This document shows, one piece after another, positions 1 to 7,780 of a stretch of DNA of 37,821 nucleotides (positions are counted from its first letter, which is position 1; each line of letters starts with the position of its first letter). The position numbers and the translations under genes are program-made. Below the pieces are notes generated by a model. It was not told the origin of the DNA. It did no database searches and saw only the letters and a list, made by a program, of their open reading frames with translations. Source of the stretch: Candidatus Hadarchaeia archaeon (GTDB lineage: Archaea > Hadarchaeota > Hadarchaeia > Hadarchaeales > JAGGTB01); assembly GCA_046538535.1 (NCBI GenBank), contig JBKHIS010000003.1, positions 1-37,821 on the forward strand. The letters are read 5' to 3'.

Positions 1-222
1 CGAGAGAATTTGGAATCAGAAGCTTTGGGTGTAATAATGGGGGAAGTCCTAGAGTTACATGAGGAATCGAAGATCTACGAGATAAATACTACACAGATGG
101 ATTCTAGTGAGGTTTTAGAGATTCTGGAAAAAGCCTTCGAATTGGGAACGCATCATCCCGAACCTATAGACTGGCTTGAAGAAATCATGAATATGGAAGA
201 TTTCGGTTTCAATGAAGGATGA
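1..222 (+). CDS. C-terminal part of an archaeal AK6/Fap7-type adenylate kinase (5' truncated by the window)
   Basis: Frame open from base 1: RENLESEALGVI...IYEINTT...IDWL, resembling the AK6/Fap7 C-terminus. Confidence 0.65.
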   Translation, partial: RENLESEALGVIMGEVLELHEESKIYEINTTQMDSSEVLEILEKAFELGTHHPEPIDWLEEIMNMEDFGFNEG

Positions 223-318
223 AGAATTAATTACAAATTCCTTCTGTAGCTTTATAGTTCGGAATTAGATTTGAACTCTTTATATTATGGTGTACGAGAG
301 GTTGGTCGGAATCTCTCT

Positions 319-489
319 TTAACCTATTACTCCACCATGAAGGAGTATTTCGAATACAATTATCCCTATGCAAAAACCTACTATAACTTTTGGTTCAACC
401 TTTGGACCTTGAGTATCCTCATCGAAATATCTAATGAGGCCTGCTCCAGTGGAGGGCATTCCTTCTCCACTTCCTCCTCGTCTTGCCAT
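319..489 (-). CDS. secG: Preprotein translocase subunit Sec61beta (archaeal SecG)
   Basis: MPSTGAGLIRYFDED...KVEP followed by a single C-terminal TM helix; ATG at 489 preferred over TTG at 501. Confidence 0.9.
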   Translation of the reverse strand: MARRGGSGEGMPSTGAGLIRYFDEDTQGPKVEPKVIVGFCIGIIVFEILLHGGVIG

Positions 490-583
490 GTTGGACACCA
501 AGAATTCTTTTTACCTACCCGCTTATAGGCTTTCCCACTTACCTTCATTAATTTTTGCTTCTTGTTAGAAGAGACCGTTTTTG

Positions 584-1291
584 TTATATTGTAATCTTAG
601 TAAGGACCGCGTTTTCCTGATTGACTGAAAATTGAACTGCTTCAGCGACTTCCTCCGGTTTAATCTCTTTGTTCGGGAGGTCTCCGCATTTTTCGACATT
701 ATTCGATTTCATTTTTTCATTTCCGATACCAGTTTTTATCATGATTACTCCAATTCCTTCTTTCCCATAACGGGCCTGAACACTTAATGAAAAGCCTTCC
801 ACCCATTTTTTGCCTGCTTCGAAAATTGGATTCTTTTTAATACGTCTATTTTCGCTTGTTTTGGCATAAACGAAAACCAATTTTCCTTTAGATTTTAAGA
901 GGTGTGGCACGGTTTTCTTTGTTATAAAGAAGAGTTCATCTACAAGAATTCTGGTAATGTTCCTGTAGGTAAAAGTTTTTAGACTTTCTGGGTCTTCTGC
1001 GTGACTAATTTGTATATTGTAAACGACGATGTCTAGCCCTCCGAATTTATTTACAGCTTTTTGGATTGATTCCTCGACTCTCCTCTTTTTCCATGGAGTT
1101 GTCTTTAAAATCGGATTTATCTTATAGTTTTCCTTGGCCTCATTTGAAATCTTTTTTAATTTACTTGCTATGTTGGAGGATGTAGCAAGGTTTGTACCGG
1201 CATTCTTCAGCCTTCTCACTATTTCCAATCCAGCATCACTATTCGCTCCGAAGACTAGGACTTTTTTTCCTTCTAGATAATTTTCATTCAT
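584..1291 (-). CDS. SDR-family oxidoreductase with degenerate motifs
   Basis: LEGKKVLVFGANSDAG Rossmann start, FGGLDIVV and PEEVAEAV; YxxxK position reads FEAGK. Confidence 0.75.
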   Translation of the reverse strand: MNENYLEGKKVLVFGANSDAGLEIVRRLKNAGTNLATSSNIASKLKKISNEAKENYKINPILKTTPWKKRRVEESIQKAVNKFGGLDIVVYNIQISHAEDPESLKTFTYRNITRILVDELFFITKKTVPHLLKSKGKLVFVYAKTSENRRIKKNPIFEAGKKWVEGFSLSVQARYGKEGIGVIMIKTGIGNEKMKSNNVEKCGDLPNKEIKPEEVAEAVQFSVNQENAVLTKITI

Positions 1292-1634
1292 TCTCCTCTG
1301 ATTAAGAGAATATGAAAAATCTTAATAACGATTTTCGTCTGATGTTGCTAATTACCTAAAGTTTAAAAAACTACTTTAGATGTATCTGTTTAGTTCATTC
1401 TCTCCCCAGTGAGTGATTGGCGTATTTTCTTTTTAAGAGGGGCTTCTACCAACTTGGTTGGGCTACTGAAGTCCGTTGTCCAAAACATCCGCCACCAAAA
1501 ACAAGAAAAATGTCAATTCGATTCTTGTTAATCAAGAGAAAAACCAAACCCTGAAGCAAAACAGATGCCTTTAGATAAAACTTGTTTTCCCTAGGAAAAT
1601 TGTTTCATAGATGTCATTCTAAAATTATTACGGT

Positions 1635-2144
1635 GTGTGTTTGAAATTAGTCGCTTATAGTTCGGGTGACTGTGACCCCAGAAAGTGCACGGCAAAAAAA
1701 CTAAGCAAAATGGGGAAGTTAAAGATAGTACACAAAAGTGATGAACTTTATTCGGGATCGATTTTGCTTACTCCGTTTTCCGAGAGGGCTCTCTCCCCTC
1801 CTGACCTGAGATATGCTCGTCGTTCTGGAATTACTGCATTTGATTGTTCTTGGAAGGAGATTAATAAGATTAATAAACTCGGCAGCGGTTTTTATGAAAG
1901 GAGCTTGCCTTATTTAGTAGCTGCAAATCCAGTTAATTACGGTAAGCCAACCAAATTAAGCACCGCTGAATCACTGTCTGCATCTCTTTACATATTAGGA
2001 ATGAAAGATCAGGCCGTTGATTTGCTTGAGGGATTTAAGTGGGGGCATACTTTTTTCGAATTGAACAAGGAACCTCTGGAACTTTACTCGAATGCGGGAG
2101 ATAGCGCAGAGATAGTTAAAATACAGGAGAGCTATATTCCATAA
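1635..2144 (+). CDS. tsr3: 16S rRNA aminocarboxypropyltransferase Tsr3
   Basis: CDPRKCTAKKL, DCSW, RSLPYLVAANPVNYGKPTKLSTAE and FKWGHTF motifs; true start may be TTG 1641. Confidence 0.93.
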   Translation: MCLKLVAYSSGDCDPRKCTAKKLSKMGKLKIVHKSDELYSGSILLTPFSERALSPPDLRYARRSGITAFDCSWKEINKINKLGSGFYERSLPYLVAANPVNYGKPTKLSTAESLSASLYILGMKDQAVDLLEGFKWGHTFFELNKEPLELYSNAGDSAEIVKIQESYIP

Positions 2145-2195
2145 TTGGAGAGTTTTAACAGTTCCAGAGTTATGATAATCAATAAATAGTACGCT

Positions 2196-2208
2196 CACAA
2201 ACTTTGTG
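2196..2208. promoter_or_regulatory. Candidate operator palindrome upstream of the gatZ-like gene
   Basis: CACAAA-C-TTTGTG perfect inverted repeat just downstream of an AT-rich TATA-like element (2181-2188). Confidence 0.3.
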
Positions 2209-2248
2209 TCGGATCGTGTTTTCCGAATGTACTCACGGTTGAAGAAAT

Positions 2249-3475
2249 ATGATTGATGATGTTAAAAATTGGCTTTCAGAAAACAGGAATAATTTTACTC
2301 TGCTTGGAATATGTCCTATATTTCCTGAAATAGTCAAGGCCTCCTTTGAATTAGCCGCGGAGAAGGATTTTCCCCCGATGTTTGTAGCGACACCAAGACA
2401 AATAGATGGTGATAGGGGCTATACTGGCTGGTCTCAAGAGGAGTTTGTTAATTATTGTGAAAAGTTATCTGAGAACAAAGGATTTGATGGTAAATATCTC
2501 ATCGCCCGCGATCACGGTGGGCCATTTCAAAGCATGAGGGATCGAGGCGATCCTTCCATTTCCTTAGAAAAAGCGATGGAATATGCTAAGCAACTCTTTC
2601 GAGCCGATGTTAAAGCGGGATTTGATATTATACACGTTGATGCAACGGAAGATCCACGGATAGATGGGATTTTGGATCTAGAGGAAGTGGCGAAAAGAAC
2701 TACAGAATTAATCAAAGCTACTGAGACGTACAGGAAGGATGAAGGATTTTCGAAGGTTTACTATGAGGTTGGGACGGAGGAGATAGTTGGGGGGATGACA
2801 GATCCAGGGAATTTTGAAAAATTTATTGATTTACTGAAGGAAAATTTGAGTTCAGAAGTTGATAATTTGTATGATAAGTTGATATTTGTGGTTGGGCAGG
2901 TAGGTACAACGATGAGAATAGATATGGAAAATGATTTTGACCCCGGTCAGGCCCAAAAACTTGTGGATATCGTTTCTAAAAGAAATCTTTTTTTGAAGGT
3001 TCATTATACTGATTGGCTTGATAATTCAACTTTGAAGAAGTTTCCAGAAATTGGTGTTGGAGGTGCCAATGTAGGGCCTGAGTTTGCTGCCGCCCTTATT
3101 GAGGGACTTGAGGAAATGGAGAGTAAGGAGCGTAAAGCGGTGGATACTTCACAACCTTCAGGTGGCCTCTCAAACTTCATGGAAATCTTGGGAGAGGAAT
3201 CCTTAAAGAACGCTCCATGGGGCAAATTTGTTCCTCCCGAGATAGATGAGGGGAACTTAGAGAGCTATAGCAGGAAAAATAAAAGGGATGTGGCGGTTTG
3301 CGTCGGTAGATATGCAATGAATGAATCCGAGGTCATACAAGCCCGCGAAAGGCTCTATAAAAATATTGAAGAATATCTAGCCTTGGACGAGCCGGATAGA
3401 GTTCTGATTGATTCGATCAAAGGCTCAATAGCTAGATATGTGAAGTCTTTTAACCTGAAAGGAAGCCTTTCCTGA
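2249..3475 (+). CDS. GatZ/KbaZ family protein (probable tagatose-6-phosphate 4-epimerase)
   Basis: ATPRQIDGDRGYTGW, RDHGGP, AGFDIIHVD, YEVGTEE, HYTD and GGANVGPE motifs of the GatZ/KbaZ TIM-barrel family. Confidence 0.82.
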   Translation: MIDDVKNWLSENRNNFTLLGICPIFPEIVKASFELAAEKDFPPMFVATPRQIDGDRGYTGWSQEEFVNYCEKLSENKGFDGKYLIARDHGGPFQSMRDRGDPSISLEKAMEYAKQLFRADVKAGFDIIHVDATEDPRIDGILDLEEVAKRTTELIKATETYRKDEGFSKVYYEVGTEEIVGGMTDPGNFEKFIDLLKENLSSEVDNLYDKLIFVVGQVGTTMRIDMENDFDPGQAQKLVDIVSKRNLFLKVHYTDWLDNSTLKKFPEIGVGGANVGPEFAAALIEGLEEMESKERKAVDTSQPSGGLSNFMEILGEESLKNAPWGKFVPPEIDEGNLESYSRKNKRDVAVCVGRYAMNESEVIQARERLYKNIEEYLALDEPDRVLIDSIKGSIARYVKSFNLKGSLS

Positions 3476-3480
3476 GTGGT

Positions 3481-4449
3481 TTACTTCCTTTTTTCTTCTA
3501 CCATCAAGTCAATATCTTCTCTCCAGGCGAGCCCTTCCATTGGACCCATTTTAGTAACTGCATTAGCGCCTACCGCGTTGGAAAATACGGAAAGCTCTTT
3601 TAAGTTCTTGTTCTCTAGCCAACCTACTACTATTCCAGCCGAGAAAGCGTCTCCAGCTCCAGTGGGATCTACTTCTTCAACTTCGAACGCATCAGTTTCA
3701 ACCTTTTCATCTTTTGTGTACAATCTACATCCTTTTCCACCATCTTTTAAAGCCACAAGTTTGCTATTTTCGAGTAATTTTTTCACAGCATTTTCCTCGA
3801 TATTCTCTCCCGTTATCGTTTCTAATTCCTCAGTACTAGGGATCAATAAATCGGAAGATTCCTTGGCGAAGGAAAAAACGGTTTCAATTTCCGAATTTTT
3901 TAACAGCGCGGGTCGAATATTTGGATCGAAGGATACTATTGTGCCTGAGTCCTTGGCAATTTCTATTGCTTTCTTGCAGGCGGATCTCATATTTTTACTC
4001 ATTGCGATAGCTGAACCGCTTAGATGAAGCGCCTTTGCGTTCTTTACAAATTTTTCCTTGATATCCTCTTCCGTTATTATTCCGGCAGCTGAATTTTCCA
4101 TGTGATAGATAAATTTTCTAGATCCATCCGAGAAGTAGGATACGAAGGCAGTGCCTGTGGACGGATAATCAACTTCTCTTATATATTTGGTGTCTACGCC
4201 GTCTTCTTCCAATCTGTTGAGAATACACTTTCCGAATTCGTCGTTAGCTACTCCGCCAACTATTCTAGCTGAGGTCCCTAGCCGTACTACGGCATCTGTG
4301 AATATTGCTGGTGCTCCACTAGGAAAAGGTCCTAAAAACTTTCCTGGTTTTGAAAGTCCTAGACCCATTTTTTCTCTCATTATCTCTACAAGGATCTCGC
4401 CAACTGTAATAACATCTGCCATAATTTCACAGAACTTATTGTTACTCAC
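3481..4449 (-). CDS. PfkB-family sugar kinase, tagatose-kinase-like
   Basis: GEILVEIM...GPFPSGAPAIF, FDPNIR and DPTGAGDAF. GTG start overlaps the GH4 stop; alternative ATG at 4422. Confidence 0.88.
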   Translation of the reverse strand: MSNNKFCEIMADVITVGEILVEIMREKMGLGLSKPGKFLGPFPSGAPAIFTDAVVRLGTSARIVGGVANDEFGKCILNRLEEDGVDTKYIREVDYPSTGTAFVSYFSDGSRKFIYHMENSAAGIITEEDIKEKFVKNAKALHLSGSAIAMSKNMRSACKKAIEIAKDSGTIVSFDPNIRPALLKNSEIETVFSFAKESSDLLIPSTEELETITGENIEENAVKKLLENSKLVALKDGGKGCRLYTKDEKVETDAFEVEEVDPTGAGDAFSAGIVVGWLENKNLKELSVFSNAVGANAVTKMGPMEGLAWREDIDLMVEEKRK

Positions 4450-5798
4450 TTTATAATAAATTCCGGAAGGTAGTCTGCTTCTGCTTGGAATAATTCCTCA
4501 GCCATTTCTCTAATCTCCTGTGGTGAACATGCCGCCGAGGTAAGAGGGTCTAGCATGAGAGCTCTAATGGATTTTTCCCGATCCTCCTCCAGGATGGATT
4601 CTACTGCCATTTTATGGAGTGACAGGTGTGGTCTGTTAAGCGCGGCCAATTGTTCCGGTAGCTTACCAAATTTGCAGGGTTGGAATCCGTTTTGATCCGC
4701 TAACGACTGAACTTCTACGATTCCGTGTCCAGGAAGATTGTCAATAAGTCCATTATTTGGGAAATTCCCGTAAAATTTGAATGGTTTTTCTTTAAAATGG
4801 GATTCTATGATGTAGGATCCATATTCGTGACTCCTGGATGAAAGATCTATTCCTTTACCTGGTACTTTTTCCAATACATTGCTGGGGATATCTTCGTTTT
4901 TTACCCATTTTTTTCTATATAAATCCATAGCCTTTCGCCATTTGGGCCAGTTTCGAGCGTAAAATCCGCTTTCACCTTTGTACCCCTCTCTACAATATCT
5001 GTCGATGAGTTCTTCTCTTTTTCTGAAATATGGCAAATATTCTGAGAAATGACCACTGGATTCGGTAACAAAATATCCAAGCTGAAGCATCATTTCAAAT
5101 CGGATCGGATCTCTTTTGTAAAATTCTGGATCTAGGGCTTTTTTCTTCAGAGCTGGATATAGAGCTCTGCCTTCGCAGGCAAGTTTAGTAAACCAACTCA
5201 TGTGATTTATTCCGGCACACTCCCATTCCAGTTTTTCATATGGAATTTTGAGATAATTAGCAAGATCTCTCGATGTCCTCTGGGCGGAATGGCACAGTCC
5301 CACAATGGCGAGATTGGAAATCTTGTTTGCAATCAAAGTCATCATATTCATAGGATTTGTGTAATTAAGGACCAAAGCATTCGGACAAAGATTCTCTGCG
5401 TCCTTTAGGATTTCAATCCAAGAAGGAATCGTCCTTAGACCTTTCATTAATCCCCCCGGTCCAGTTGTGTCTCCTATGCATTGGTCGACCCCATATTTTT
5501 TGGGGATCTCATAGTCGTATTCCACCGTATCAAGTCCGGAGACTTCTATTGTATTTATTAAAAAATCACTGTCTTGTATTATCTCAGTGCGTTCGGTATG
5601 TGATCTAATTTTCCAGTTTCCATCGAAATTATCAACGACTTTTTGAGCTATCTTGTGGGCCAGTCTAAGCCTGTCTTCATCGGTATCTACAAGGGCAAAT
5701 ACCCCTTTGGAGGGCTCGGAAGCCAGCATGATATCCTTAATCCAATTGTTGGTGAAGAAACTCCCTGCCCCAATAATGGATATTTTGGCCTCGCCCAT
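4446..5798 (-). CDS. Glycoside hydrolase family 4 (alpha-galactosidase/MelA-like)
   Basis: IIGAGS NAD-binding start, QCIGDTTGPGG, LNYTNPM, VGLCHS, GINH and TESSGHFSEY motifs. Confidence 0.92.
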   Translation of the reverse strand: MGEAKISIIGAGSFFTNNWIKDIMLASEPSKGVFALVDTDEDRLRLAHKIAQKVVDNFDGNWKIRSHTERTEIIQDSDFLINTIEVSGLDTVEYDYEIPKKYGVDQCIGDTTGPGGLMKGLRTIPSWIEILKDAENLCPNALVLNYTNPMNMMTLIANKISNLAIVGLCHSAQRTSRDLANYLKIPYEKLEWECAGINHMSWFTKLACEGRALYPALKKKALDPEFYKRDPIRFEMMLQLGYFVTESSGHFSEYLPYFRKREELIDRYCREGYKGESGFYARNWPKWRKAMDLYRKKWVKNEDIPSNVLEKVPGKGIDLSSRSHEYGSYIIESHFKEKPFKFYGNFPNNGLIDNLPGHGIVEVQSLADQNGFQPCKFGKLPEQLAALNRPHLSLHKMAVESILEEDREKSIRALMLDPLTSAACSPQEIREMAEELFQAEADYLPEFIIK

Positions 5799-6019
5799 GG
5801 AATTCACTTTTAAATTTGATCTTTTTTTATTTACCTTCTATTCTCTGCACTAAGATATCGGAATTTTCATCCGTTTACGGGAAAGGTAAAAATGATATGA
5901 TCTCCAAACAACTTTCGTCTACTGGTGGAAATTTTGGCGTGTCCGGAATCATTTAAAAGTTCATAAGCTTTTTTTAATAATATTAGAATGAATTTTGAGA
6001 TCAAGAGGAAGTTCAGAAA

Positions 6020-7471
6020 ATGAGTATGGAAACCGGACGTTTGGTACTTGTGTCGAATGCCGAGCCATACGTTCATAGTAAGGAAGGTTCTGAGATAGTT
6101 TGCGAAAGGCAAGCGGGAGGGCTTACCTCAGCCCTTGATCCTCTCTTGCAAAATACTGGAGGCATCTGGATTGCGTGGGGTCGTGGTGGAGAGACTGATT
6201 TTGCTGTTTTGGATAAGGAGGGCAAAGTCAGAGTTCCTGATAAAGGTGGCTTCCAGCTCAAAAGATTAAAGCTTACGAAAAAAGAAGTAGATAACTTCTA
6301 CCTTGGTTTTTCAAACCGAATATTATGGCCCTTGAGCCATTCCATGCCCGAGAAGTCAGTTATGGACGATTATGACACAGCTCGTGAGTATTGGAATTCA
6401 TATGAGGAGGTAAACCGTAAGTATACTGATGCGATTTTGGAGGAGATCACTGAAGGGGACAATATATGGATACATGACTATCAGCTGGCGCTTGTACCAA
6501 AAATGGTAAGAGAAAATCGGCCCGAAGCAAATATCGGATTTTTTTGGCATATCCCCTGGCCACCTTGGGAAATATTTGGGACTCTTCCCTGGAGTGAAGA
6601 AATATTAAGAGGGATACTGGGGAGTGATTTTATAGGATTTCATACTTCTAGATTTGAAAAAAATTTTTTGGGATGTGCAGAGGCCATGGATATGTGCATT
6701 GATGAGAAGTGTTCTGCAATATCGGCTGATGGAACGAAATCTAGGGTTTCTCATATCCCTTTGGGAATAGAATATCATCTCTATGATTCGCTGTCAGGCA
6801 ATGAGGAAGTTAAGGAAAAAACTCGGTATTTGAAGAAGGAGATAAATGCGGACAAAATTATTGTCAGCGTTGACAGGCTGGATTATACGAAGGGTATTCC
6901 TGAGAGGCTTAGGGCTTTCGAGCTCTTTCTTAAAAAAAATCCTGAATATCTAGGAAAAGTAACACTAGTTCAGAGAATACCACCAAGCAGAAGAAGCGTC
7001 AAGGAATATCAGTCGATATTAGATGAGATACATATGATAGTTGGTGAAATAAATGGAAATCTGGGCAAGGCTGATTGGACTCCAGTTAAATCCTTCCACA
7101 GATTTCTTCCAAATCTTGAAGAGTTAATTCCGTATTACTTAGCGGCCGACGTCGCGTTGGTGACCCCTCTGATGGATGGAATGAATTTGGTCTGCAAGGA
7201 GTATATATCGGCTGTTGAGGACGGGGTTTTAATACTTTCTAAGTTTGCAGGCGCAGCTGAGGAATTGAAAGAAGCCATAAAAGTTAATCCTTATGATGCT
7301 GAAGAGGTTGCTCAGGGTATTGAGGAGGCTTTGTGTCTTCCTAAACGCGAACGTAGTGAAAGACTAAATAGCTTAAAAGAAAGGGTGAAAGCAAACGACC
7401 TAGAGTGGTGGAGAAAGGAGTTCCTCAGGAATTGGTTGGAGCAAGATACCTCTATTGAGGGTAGTGGATAG
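6020..7471 (+). CDS. otsA: Trehalose-6-phosphate synthase (GT20)
   Basis: [36 protein letters not shown] and [10 protein letters not shown]; no fused phosphatase domain. Confidence 0.9.
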   Translation: MSMETGRLVLVSNAEPYVHSKEGSEIVCERQAGGLTSALDPLLQNTGGIWIAWGRGGETDFAVLDKEGKVRVPDKGGFQLKRLKLTKKEVDNFYLGFSNRILWPLSHSMPEKSVMDDYDTAREYWNSYEEVNRKYTDAILEEITEGDNIWIHDYQLALVPKMVRENRPEANIGFFWHIPWPPWEIFGTLPWSEEILRGILGSDFIGFHTSRFEKNFLGCAEAMDMCIDEKCSAISADGTKSRVSHIPLGIEYHLYDSLSGNEEVKEKTRYLKKEINADKIIVSVDRLDYTKGIPERLRAFELFLKKNPEYLGKVTLVQRIPPSRRSVKEYQSILDEIHMIVGEINGNLGKADWTPVKSFHRFLPNLEELIPYYLAADVALVTPLMDGMNLVCKEYISAVEDGVLILSKFAGAAEELKEAIKVNPYDAEEVAQGIEEALCLPKRERSERLNSLKERVKANDLEWWRKEFLRNWLEQDTSIEGSG

Positions 7472-7494
7472 TTTTTTAAGGGGGAATGTACCTC

Positions 7495-7620
7495 TTAGGA
7501 TTCTATTTTTTTCTCCACGACTTCCCTAAAAACCCTGCCGCAATTACACTTGTACATGAACACGGGGTACATCCTGGCGATACATACACATTCTTCTGAA
7601 CCACAATCTGGGCATTCCAT
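7495..7620 (-). CDS. 41-aa CPxCG-type zinc-finger microprotein (not in ORF track)
   Basis: Hand translation MECPDCGSEECVCIARMYPVFMYKCNCGRVFREVVEKKIES*; AAGTGA RBS-like element upstream. Confidence 0.7.
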   Translation of the reverse strand: MECPDCGSEECVCIARMYPVFMYKCNCGRVFREVVEKKIES

Positions 7621-7780
7621 TGAGATCACTTATTCCGACTATTTTATCACTCTTTTAGCTAATAAGAATATTGCGTTTTTCCGTATCTTAGTTTTCTACT
7701 ACCATTATTGGATTGTTTTATAGTCGAAAATCATAAGTTCTTTGCTTTACTATTACTGTTTGTTTAGTAGTGGTGATTTG

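Noticed and set aside
3476-4027. 183-aa plus-strand ORF, and similar antisense ORFs such as 18430-18885, 21269-21811 and 30315-30980
   Set aside because: They overlap well-supported genes on the opposite strand almost completely and are Ser/Phe-rich shadows with no motifs.
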